This document shows, piece after piece, positions 46,935-54,115 of a stretch of 64,000 nt of DNA; positions within the stretch are counted from its first letter, which is position 1, and every line of letters starts with the position of its first letter. The DNA is from Clostridiales bacterium (lineage in GTDB: Bacteria > Bacillota > Clostridia > Christensenellales > CAG-138): positions 451 to 64,450 of the forward strand of contig SFNQ01000008.1 in the NCBI GenBank assembly GCA_004554165.1, read 5' to 3'. Under the pieces are notes generated by a model that had not been told where the DNA came from, did no database searches, and saw only the letters and a program-made list of their open reading frames with translations. A program made the position numbers and the translations under genes.

Positions 46935-47076
46935 TGATACTGATACCGACATAAAAAATCACCCGACCTGATACTGAATCGAATCAGGTCATTTTTGTGG
47001 CAGCATATGATAATTGTGATACGGTTTCAAATGGCTTCACAGGGTTTCAAATAACAGTGAAATCATATCCTGATAC
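46935..47076 (+). repeat. Cluster of five same-orientation TGATAC hexamers
   Basis: Copies at 46935, 46941 (tandem), 46969, 47017 and 47071. One inverted GATAC lies at 46875-46879. The cluster is in the AT-rich region upstream of the SPFH gene. Confidence 0.6.
47023..47052 (+). repeat. Two direct copies of GGTTTCAAAT spaced 20 nt
   Basis: 47023-47032 and 47043-47052, interleaved with the TGATAC copies. Confidence 0.6.
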
Positions 47077-47111
47077 ATCTTTATCGGCGCGGCCGCGCAG
47101 GCGGCCTCTAA

Positions 47112-47162
47112 TTGGTGACTTCAGTCTGTGACGCGGAACGCGTCACAGACTGAAGTCACCAA
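47112..47162. repeat. Perfect 24-bp-arm inverted repeat (51-nt hairpin)
   Basis: TTGGTGACTTCAGTCTGTGACGCG-GAA-CGCGTCACAGACTGAAGTCACCAA with no mismatches. No T-tail on either strand, so it is not a canonical terminator. Confidence 0.85.
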
Positions 47163-47194
47163 AAAAGCACGATGGTTTCGTGTCAAAACCATCG
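47161..47194 (-). terminator. Rho-independent terminator (minus strand)
   Basis: The minus strand reads CGATGGTTT-TGACACG-AAACCATCG followed by TGCTTTTTT. Confidence 0.65.
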
Positions 47195-47375
47195 AGCCAA
47201 TATGTCAAGAGGCAACAAAAAAGATGCCACCGCAAAATTCTGATGTGGACTTGAACCCGCAATAGTTGGTAGCGAAAGCGAACCGTCGCGAGGGCGTTTA
47301 CAACCGAGCAGGTGAGCCGAGCGTGACCTTTTGCGGAAAGCAGGAGCAACGGCGTGAGCGCGCTCTGATTTTTAT

Positions 47376-47413
47376 AAAAAAATCGGAGCAAGCGATACAA
47401 AGCTTGCTCCGAT
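47376..47413 (-). terminator. Rho-independent terminator immediately after tRNA-Leu (end of the tRNA array)
   Basis: The minus strand reads ATCGGAGCAAGC-8 nt loop-GCTTGCTCCGAT followed by a T-run (TTTTTT). Confidence 0.8.
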
Positions 47414-47414
47414 G

Positions 47415-47501
47415 TGGTGCGGGAAACAGGACTTGAACCTGCATGGGTGTGACCCCACACGGACCTGAACCGTGCGCGTCTGCCAATTCCGCCATTCCCG
47501 C
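47415..47501 (-). tRNA. tRNA-Leu (CAG)
   Basis: 87 nt. Acceptor GCGGGAA/UUCCCGC, anticodon loop UUCAGGU, long variable arm, T loop UUCAAGU, encoded CCA. Confidence 0.9.
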
Positions 47502-47503
47502 GT

Positions 47504-47588
47504 TGGTGGATGGGGATGGATTCGAACCATCGTAGTCTGTGACAACGGATTTACAGTCCGCTCCCTTTGGCCGCTCGGGAACCCATCC
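47504..47588 (-). tRNA. tRNA-Tyr (GTA)
   Basis: 85 nt. Acceptor GGAUGGG/CCCAUCC, anticodon loop CUGUAAA, long variable arm, T arm GAUGG-UUCGAAU-CCAUC, CCA. Confidence 0.9.
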
Positions 47589-47618
47589 ACGAGAAATGAA
47601 ACTGTATGAATTTGTCAA

Positions 47619-47694
47619 TGGAGCTGGTGATGGGACTCGAACCCGCAACCTGCTGATTACAAATCAGCTGCTCTGCCAATTGAGCTACACCAGC
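47619..47694 (-). tRNA. tRNA-Thr (TGT)
   Basis: 76 nt. Acceptor GCUGGUG/CACCAGC, anticodon loop UUUGUAA, CCA. One C-A mismatch in the T stem. Confidence 0.85.
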
Positions 47695-47699
47695 AAAAC

Positions 47700-47775
47700 T
47701 GGTGCCTCAGAGTGGAGTCGAACCACCGACACAGGGATTTTCAGTCCCTTGCTCTACCAGCTGAGCTACCGAGGC
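47700..47775 (-). tRNA. tRNA-Phe (GAA)
   Basis: 76 nt. GCCUCGGUAGCUCAGCUGGUAGAGC..., anticodon loop CUGAAAA, CCA. Confidence 0.9.
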
Positions 47776-47780
47776 ATAAA

Positions 47781-47857
47781 TGGCGACCCGAAGGGGGCTC
47801 GAACCCCTGACCTCCAGCGTGACAGGCTGGCATTCTAACCAACTGAACTACCGGGCC
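47781..47857 (-). tRNA. tRNA-Asp (GTC)
   Basis: 77 nt. GGCCCGGUAGUUCAGUUGGUUAGAAU..., anticodon loop CUGUCAC, CCA. Confidence 0.9.
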
Positions 47858-47876
47858 ATACGATTTCTCGGCAAAA

Positions 47877-47953
47877 TGGTGGGCCTTCAGGGACTCGAAC
47901 CCCGGACCAATCGGTTATGAGCCGACCGCTCTGACCAACTGAGCTAAAGGCCC
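47877..47953 (-). tRNA. tRNA with CAT anticodon, most likely tRNA-Ile2 (lysidine-modified)
   Basis: 77 nt. GGGCCUUUAGCUCAGUUGGUCAGAGC...CUCAUAA... resembles Bacillus/E. coli tRNA-Ile(CAU) more than Met. The call is from memory, not a classifier. Confidence 0.7.
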
Positions 47954-47965
47954 ACACCAAGAAAT

Positions 47966-48040
47966 TGGTGACCCCGAGGAGAATCGAACTCCTGTTACCG
48001 CCGTGAAAGGGCGGTGTCTTGACCGCTTGACCACGGGGCC
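47966..48040 (-). tRNA. tRNA-Glu (TTC)
   Basis: 75 nt. GGCCCCGUGGUCAAGCGGUCAAGAC..., anticodon loop CUUUCAC, CCA. Confidence 0.9.
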
Positions 48041-48046
48041 ACTCAC

Positions 48047-48123
48047 TGGTCGGGGTGAAGGGATTTGAACCCCCGGCCCCATGCTCCCAAAGCACGTGCG
48101 CTACCGGACTGCGCTACACCCCG
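48047..48123 (-). tRNA. tRNA-Pro (TGG)
   Basis: 77 nt. CGGGGUGUAGCGCAGUCCGGUAGCGC..., anticodon loop UUUGGGA, CCA. Confidence 0.9.
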
Positions 48124-48156
48124 AATTCCATCGCACCCGCTTTTCGCGACCTTATT

Positions 48157-48185
48157 AATATACAACAGCCTTGCCAAATTGTCAA
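48157..48185 (-). promoter_or_regulatory. SigA promoter of the 8-tRNA operon
   Basis: Minus strand reads TTGACA-17 nt-TATATT, 33 nt upstream of tRNA-Pro. Confidence 0.8.
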
Positions 48186-48298
48186 CAGCCAAATAGGATA
48201 TTTTTGCGGGCTGCTTTCACTTTTTTCGCGCTCCCTCGCGCATCCCAAGCCTGCGGTAAGCGCCGGACAGAGCGCCTGCCGCAGGCTGTCGCCGTTCT

Positions 48299-50947
48299 TT
48301 ATTCTTCCGCCAGATCCGCGCGGCGCTGCCTGAGCTTTTCCAGCATCTCCTGCGCGACGGCCAGTTTGCGCCGCTCCTCCTCGACCACGGCCGCCGGCGC
48401 CTTGCTCACAAAGCGCTCGTTGGCCAGCTTGCCCCTTGCCCGGTCAATCTCGCCCTGCACGCGCTCAATCTCCTTCTCCACGCGCGCGCGCTCCTTGTCG
48501 AGGTCAACCAGCGAAGCCAGCGGAATATAGACGTCAGCAGCGGCGCAGGTCAGGCGCACATCGTTCCTGTTGATGCCCGCCGCATCCGTCGTCACCACGG
48601 CGTCCTCCGCGCCCGCGAGGCGGAGCAGATACGGCATGATGGACTGAAGCGCCCCGGCGGCCGCTTCCTGCGCCACAAGACGCATGCTGATTCTCTGGGC
48701 CGGCGGCACCTTCATCTCAGCGCGCAGGTTGCGAATTCCGCGAACGATCTCCATGGCCGCCTCCATCTGCGCAGCCTCACTTTCAAAGGCATAACAGGCC
48801 TGCGGCTTCGGCCACGCCGTGCGCATGATGGTTTCCTCATGCACCGGCAGCTTCTGATACAGCTCCTCCGTGATGAAGGGCATGAAGGGATGCAGCAGCT
48901 TCATCGACTGCCCCAGCACGAAGGCGAGAACGTCCGCCACCGTCTGCTTCGCCGCAGCGTCCCCGCCGTACAGGCGCGGCTTTGCCATCTCAATATACCA
49001 GTCGCAAAACTCCGTCCAGATGAAATCATAGATTTTCTGCGCCGCCAGGCCAAGCTCAAAGCCGTCCAGATTGGCGGTCACCTGAGCCGTAACGTCGTTC
49101 AGGCGGTGCAGAATCCACTTGTCTGCGATATCCAGAGATTCCAGCGCCGGCTCAGGCCGCGGCGCCGCGCCAGCCTCTTCCAGACTCATCAGCACAAAGC
49201 GGGCGGCATTATAGACCTTGTTGCAGAAGTTTCGCGCGGCCTCCACCTTTTCCCAGTAGAAGCGCATATCGTTGCCTGCGGAGTTGCCGGTCAGCAGCGA
49301 AAAGCGCAGGGAATCGGCGCCGTACTTTTCGATCACCTCCAGCGGATCGATGCCGTTGCCCAGGGATTTTGACATTTTCCTGCCCTGGCTGTCGCGGACG
49401 ATGCCATGCACATACACCGTATCGAAGGGCCGCTGCTTCATCACCTCTTCCCCGAACACGATCATGCGCGCCACCCAGAAGAAGATGATATCGTAGCCCG
49501 TCACCAGCGTGGAGGTGGGGTAAAAATACTTGAGCTCTTCCGTCTCCTCCGGATACCCCAGCGTGGAGAACGGCCACATGCCGGAGCTGAACCAGGTATC
49601 CAGCACATCCTCATCCTGATGCACGGCGCCGCCGCACTTCGGGCAGCAGTCCGGCGCGCTGGCCTGCACAATCGTTTCGCCGCAGCTGTCGCAATAATAG
49701 GCCGGGATGCGGTGCCCCCACCAGAGCTGCCGGGAAATGCACCAGTCGCGGATATTCTCCATCCAGTTGAAATAGGTCTTGTCAAAGCGCTCCGGCACAA
49801 AGCGGATTTCTCCGCTGCGCACGGCCTCGATGGCGGGCTTTGCCAGCGGCTTCATGTCCACAAACCACTGCTTGGACACGATGGATTCGATCGTGGTATG
49901 GCAGCGGTAGCAGGTGCCGACATTGTGGGCATAGGGCTCGACCCTGACCAGCGCGCCGCAGGCCTCCAGATCGGCCACCAGCGCCTTGCGGCAGGCAAAG
50001 CGGTCCAGCCCCTCGTATTTGCCGCCCAGCTCGTTGATATGCCCGTCGTCGGTAAACACGCGCATGACGGGCAGGCCCGCCCGCCTGCCAACCTCAAAAT
50101 CGTTGGGGTCGTGGCCCGGCGTGATCTTGACCGCGCCCGTGCCAAACTCCATCTCGCAGTATTCGTCCGCAACGATGGGAATTTCGCGTCCCACCACGGG
50201 GATCACGACGGTCTTTCCGATAATCTCCTGATAGCGCGGGTCGTCCGGGTGTACCGCAATGGCCGTGTCGCCCAGCATGGTTTCCGGGCGCGTCGTGGCC
50301 ACCGTGATGGAATAGCTGCCGTCCGGCGCATCGTAGCGCACATGCCAGAGGAAGCTGTTCTGCTCCTCATATTCCACCTCTGCGTCGGAAAGCGCCGTTT
50401 TGCACTCCGGGCACCAGTTGATGATGCGGTCGCCGCGGTAAATCAGTCCCTTGTGATACAGCTCCACAAACACCTTGATGACGGCGCGGTTGCAGCCCGC
50501 GTCCATGGTAAAGCGCTCCCGCTGCCAGTCGCAGGAGGAGCCCAGCTTTCTGAGCTGCCTGACGATGGTGCTGCCGTATTCCTCACGCCAGTCCCAGGCC
50601 CGCTTTAAGAAGGCTTCACGGCCGATGTCCTGCTTTGTAATGCCCTCCCTGGCCATCTCCTCAACGATTTTGACCTCCGTTGCAATGGAGGCGTGATCCG
50701 TGCCGGGCAGCCACAGCGCCTCATAACCGGACATGCGTTTATAGCGCGTCAGGGTATCCTGCAAGGCGTTGTCCAGCGCATGCCCCATATGCAGCTTGCC
50801 CGTAATATTCGGCGGCGGGATCACGATGCAGTAGGGTTCCTTTTCCGGGTTCGGCTTTGCGTGAAAGTAGCCCTTTCTCTCCCAAAGCTTGTAGAGGCGG
50901 GATTCCACGGAGGCGGGATCGTATGTTTTTTCCATTTGCAGTGCCAT
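48299..50947 (-). CDS. valS: Valine--tRNA ligase
   Basis: Start at MALQMEKTYDP (ATG 50947, GAGGAG upstream). The 23 extra codons of the track ORF are the T-box terminator. Has the HIGH-type motif PPPNITGKLHMGHA, KMSKS, and a C-terminal coiled coil. Confidence 0.95.
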   Translation of the reverse strand: MALQMEKTYDPASVESRLYKLWERKGYFHAKPNPEKEPYCIVIPPPNITGKLHMGHALDNALQDTLTRYKRMSGYEALWLPGTDHASIATEVKIVEEMAREGITKQDIGREAFLKRAWDWREEYGSTIVRQLRKLGSSCDWQRERFTMDAGCNRAVIKVFVELYHKGLIYRGDRIINWCPECKTALSDAEVEYEEQNSFLWHVRYDAPDGSYSITVATTRPETMLGDTAIAVHPDDPRYQEIIGKTVVIPVVGREIPIVADEYCEMEFGTGAVKITPGHDPNDFEVGRRAGLPVMRVFTDDGHINELGGKYEGLDRFACRKALVADLEACGALVRVEPYAHNVGTCYRCHTTIESIVSKQWFVDMKPLAKPAIEAVRSGEIRFVPERFDKTYFNWMENIRDWCISRQLWWGHRIPAYYCDSCGETIVQASAPDCCPKCGGAVHQDEDVLDTWFSSGMWPFSTLGYPEETEELKYFYPTSTLVTGYDIIFFWVARMIVFGEEVMKQRPFDTVYVHGIVRDSQGRKMSKSLGNGIDPLEVIEKYGADSLRFSLLTGNSAGNDMRFYWEKVEAARNFCNKVYNAARFVLMSLEEAGAAPRPEPALESLDIADKWILHRLNDVTAQVTANLDGFELGLAAQKIYDFIWTEFCDWYIEMAKPRLYGGDAAAKQTVADVLAFVLGQSMKLLHPFMPFITEELYQKLPVHEETIMRTAWPKPQACYAFESEAAQMEAAMEIVRGIRNLRAEMKVPPAQRISMRLVAQEAAAGALQSIMPYLLRLAGAEDAVVTTDAAGINRNDVRLTCAAADVYIPLASLVDLDKERARVEKEIERVQGEIDRARGKLANERFVSKAPAAVVEEERRKLAVAQEMLEKLRQRRADLAEE

Positions 50948-50960
50948 AGCGTACTTCTCC

Positions 50961-51229
50961 TCAAACGAAATAGCGCCCGTTTCGTCAAAGGACGAAACGG
51001 GCGCTCGCGGTACCACCTTTGTTGAACGGCACGGAACTCAGCCCTGCCGCTCCTCTTTCTGCTGCCTTAACGCGGCCAACGTGCGGCGCTAAAGGATCCG
51101 TTCACGCCGCATGCTCCAAAGCGACCTTCCGCACCCGAGCGCCTCCGGTTCTTTCAGCCAGGGAACCGGCTCTCTGCCGCGCCGAACGATGCGTACTCCT
51201 CTTTTTCATCGCAAATCCATATCGATTCT
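50961..51229 (-). ncRNA. T-box riboswitch leader (Val)
   Basis: The minus strand contains a stem I start UGCGAUGAAAAAGAGGAGUA, CAGAGAG, and a candidate specifier GAAGGUCG (GUC = Val, 51123-51125). It also contains the T-box sequence AAAGGUGGUACCGCGAG, which overlaps a 15-bp terminator stem followed by AUUUCGUUU. Confidence 0.85.
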
Positions 51230-51235
51230 GAACAC

Positions 51236-51265
51236 AGTTTACCGCAAACTGCGGCCTTCTGTCAA
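51236..51265 (-). promoter_or_regulatory. SigA promoter for the valS T-box leader
   Basis: Minus strand reads TTGACA-18 nt-TAAACT, directly after the stop of the upstream DUF885 gene. Confidence 0.6.
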
Positions 51266-53140
51266 CTATTCCAGCACTCTGGCGTCCGCCCACTCGTCCA
51301 TCCGCTCCTGAATCAGGTTGAAATAGGCGGGGCCATAGTCGAGATACTGCTGCAAAACCTCCTGCTGCAAATACGCCTCTCCGAGCAGCTCGCTCATGCC
51401 GCGCATCATCTCGGAAAGCTGCGCGTAGCCGATTGCATAGCGCAGCGTGCCATAGGGCGCGTTGACGGCCAGCCTGAAATACAGGTCGGCATGGGCGGCG
51501 TCGCCAAGGCCGTACTGGTTCAGGTATTCCTGCACATCGTCGCGCTCATAGCCATAATAGTTGACATAAATGCTCACCACGGAGGGCAGGATGGCGCTTG
51601 AAAGCATACTGTTGCAAAATGCGAACATGGCGGCATTCTGATCATACCTGGTCTGCTCCAGAATGATCCATTCCTCCGCCATCTGCGCCCAGCCTTCCGC
51701 ATAGCCGCCAAAGGTCAGCGCCTGCTGCGTCAGCCCAAGCCCCTCGATGGAGCGCTGGTAAAGATACTGGCACAGATGTCCGGGATACCCCTCGTGCGCC
51801 AACGTCAGCAGGAGGGTATTGTCCTCCTGTCGGGGATTGAGCAGAAGGGTATGCGCTTTTTCAGCATCCAGAGGAGGTATGACATAGGCTGCCGCGCCCA
51901 TTCTCTCCCCCATCTCCCGGGGAATCTCCCGCAGCGTCAGGCTATGCTCCGGGAGCTGTGGCAGCAGGTTTTTCGACAGCGTTTCCAGGTATGCCATATC
52001 CTTTTTTGCGGAGCCTGCGCTGATCTTCAGCTTGCCCGAAGCGACGGAGGCGTCCTCGGCGTAGATCGTCTGCATGGTGATAAACATATCCTGCATGGCG
52101 GGTTCCAGCAGCGCCAGCGCGTCCTCCGGCGTCAGCAGTGTGGAGCTCTCCTCCTGCAAGCGCAGCGCATAGTAAGCGATGGCCTCCTCGCCTCCCGCAT
52201 AGGCCCCCTCCATGGGCCGGCAGGTCGCGGCAAGCGCCTGCAAGCCATCCCGCAGCATTGTGAAGGCGGGCACGAGGCTGTTTTCAACGGCCTCGGCGTT
52301 CTGCTGCCGGTACTCGTTCCGCTCCGAACGGCTGAGTCCCTCCATGGCATCCACGGCGTCGTCAAACGCGGCGAACAGAAAGAAGTCCTTCCCGTGATGA
52401 ATGACCGTATTGCAGTCGGAGATCACTGCGCTCAGCGCCTCCTCCGTCATGAACAGGCCCCGCTCGGAACGGAGCTTCTCATAGGCCAGCACCTCTGAAA
52501 AGTAGCGCGGCGTATCCGCCATCAGCGCAAGGTAGCGCTGGATATCCTCCGCCGTTTCCAGACGGCAGAGCGCAAGGGCCAGCGGAAGCTGCACCTGCAC
52601 GCCGGCGCTCTGCTCCAGAGGCTCATAATAGCCAAAATAGGCGCCCTTGCCGCTTTCCAGCTGGAGATACTGCTCCAGAACATCATAGGAAAGCTGATCC
52701 CGCGCGGCAAGCAGTTCCCGGTCAATGGCATGCAGCGCTTCGAGAAAGGCCGCAGCCTGCGCGGCGTCCTCCGCCGCAGCCGCTTCGGACAGCGACCCCC
52801 AGGTATACTGCTCCGGCGCAAGGCTTATGCCATAGGTTTCGGGCGAAGTAAGCAGGCGGTGCAGGGTATACCCGTCGCTTGTGGCAAAGGCCCGGAACAC
52901 GTCCGTATCCAGCGCGTGGAACAGGCGCGCCGCCTCCTGGGCATCCCCCTTGGGCTCCGGCGTTTCAATGGGCTCCGGCGTGCGCTGTTCGGCCGTTGCG
53001 GCGGGTTCCGCGGTGGCAAGCAGGGCAGGCGCAGCGGGGCTGCTCTCCGGCCGCCCGGTCTGCACGCAGCCCGAAAACATGCCTGCGGCAAGCAGGAACG
53101 CCAGCAGCAAGGCGGTGAATCTCGCGCGCTGTTGCTTCAT
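51266..53140 (-). CDS. DUF885-family lipoprotein (metallopeptidase-like HExxxH-type motif)
   Basis: 624 aa. Signal peptide with lipobox LAAGMFSGC. HEGYPGHLCQ matches the HE.xPGH motif that I associate with DUF885. Confidence 0.75.
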   Translation of the reverse strand: MKQQRARFTALLLAFLLAAGMFSGCVQTGRPESSPAAPALLATAEPAATAEQRTPEPIETPEPKGDAQEAARLFHALDTDVFRAFATSDGYTLHRLLTSPETYGISLAPEQYTWGSLSEAAAAEDAAQAAAFLEALHAIDRELLAARDQLSYDVLEQYLQLESGKGAYFGYYEPLEQSAGVQVQLPLALALCRLETAEDIQRYLALMADTPRYFSEVLAYEKLRSERGLFMTEEALSAVISDCNTVIHHGKDFFLFAAFDDAVDAMEGLSRSERNEYRQQNAEAVENSLVPAFTMLRDGLQALAATCRPMEGAYAGGEEAIAYYALRLQEESSTLLTPEDALALLEPAMQDMFITMQTIYAEDASVASGKLKISAGSAKKDMAYLETLSKNLLPQLPEHSLTLREIPREMGERMGAAAYVIPPLDAEKAHTLLLNPRQEDNTLLLTLAHEGYPGHLCQYLYQRSIEGLGLTQQALTFGGYAEGWAQMAEEWIILEQTRYDQNAAMFAFCNSMLSSAILPSVVSIYVNYYGYERDDVQEYLNQYGLGDAAHADLYFRLAVNAPYGTLRYAIGYAQLSEMMRGMSELLGEAYLQQEVLQQYLDYGPAYFNLIQERMDEWADARVLE

Positions 53141-53179
53141 AGTGACACTCCATCCTTTCCTCTGCGCCCTTTCGCGCCG

Positions 53180-54115
53180 TCATTCATACAATCGTCTGAG
53201 AACATCCGAATCCGCAGCGGCGCATCCGAGTTTTTGCAGCGCTTTGCAAAAATACTCCGGCAAGGGGGCGGTAAAGCACATCCTGTCGCCGCTCTCCGGG
53301 TGGATAAAGTGCAGGCGAAACCCGTGCAGCGCCTGCCCCGCAAGCCCAAGCTGCGGTTTTTTCGCGCCGTAGACGGTATCGCCGGTTACGGGATGATGAA
53401 TCGAAGCCATGTGGACCCGTATCTGATGCGTTCGCCCCGTCTCAAGCCGCAGGTGCAGCAGAGTATGCGTTTGAAACCGCGCCACCACGCGCCAGTGGGT
53501 GACCGCCTCCCTGCCGCCCGCTACGACGGCCATGCATTTGCGGTCCTTGGGGTGCCGGCCGATGGGCGCGTCCACAGTCCCCGCGTCCTCCCGGAGATTT
53601 CCGTCCACCAGCGCCAGATATTCCCTGCCCGCCTCGTGAGTCTGAAACTGCTGCGACAGCGCCTGGTGCGCAGCGTCGTTCTTTGCTACCACAAGGAGCC
53701 CCGAGGTCATCCGGTCGATGCGGTGGACAATGCCGGGCCGCTCCACCCCGCCAATGGTGGAAAGGCTGCCGAGATGGTGCAGGAGCGCGTTGACCAGCGT
53801 TCCGCCGGCATGGCCCGGCGCGGGATGCACCACCATTCCCTGCGGCTTGTTGACCACGCAGAGCGCCGCATCCTCATAGACGATGTCCAGCGGGATCTCC
53901 TCCGCCGACACCCCCGAGGGCTCCGGCTCCGGCGGAAGAATCTCGATGCGCTCTCCGGCGGAGACCAGATGATTCTTGTTTACGACGCGCCCGTTGACGG
54001 TAACGGCGCCGCTTTTGAGCAAGGACTGAATCCGGCTTCTGGAATACGCCGTGGCGGATGCGAGAAACACATCCAGCCGCACGCCGCCCCGCTCCGCAAG
54101 GATTTCAATCGGCAT
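53180..54115 (-). CDS. rluD: 23S rRNA pseudouridine synthase RluD-like (S4 + RluA catalytic domain)
   Basis: Start at MPIEIL (ATG 54115), overlapping the lspA stop by 11 nt. The upstream Arg-rich codons of the track ORF are the opposite frame of the lspA tail. HRIDRMTSGLLVVAK and GRTHQIRVH motifs are present. Confidence 0.85.
   Translation of the reverse strand: MPIEILAERGGVRLDVFLASATAYSRSRIQSLLKSGAVTVNGRVVNKNHLVSAGERIEILPPEPEPSGVSAEEIPLDIVYEDAALCVVNKPQGMVVHPAPGHAGGTLVNALLHHLGSLSTIGGVERPGIVHRIDRMTSGLLVVAKNDAAHQALSQQFQTHEAGREYLALVDGNLREDAGTVDAPIGRHPKDRKCMAVVAGGREAVTHWRVVARFQTHTLLHLRLETGRTHQIRVHMASIHHPVTGDTVYGAKKPQLGLAGQALHGFRLHFIHPESGDRMCFTAPLPEYFCKALQKLGCAAADSDVLRRLYE

Noticed and set aside
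47215-47262. Possible ninth tRNA or tRNA pseudogene (GGGTTCAAGTCCACATC on the minus strand, AGTTGGTAGC on the plus strand)
   Set aside because: I could not form a T stem, an anticodon arm or an acceptor stem on either strand. It is kept only as part of the unassigned-segment finding.
47300-47345. SRP RNA-like GGAAAGCAGGAGCAACGG on the plus strand
   Set aside because: It does not match the highly conserved GGUCCGGAAGGAAGCAGC domain IV sequence, and there is no flanking helix.
47143-48095. Several 72-116-aa ORFs across 47.1-48.1 kb
   Set aside because: All of them lie on top of the eight tRNA genes and their spacers.
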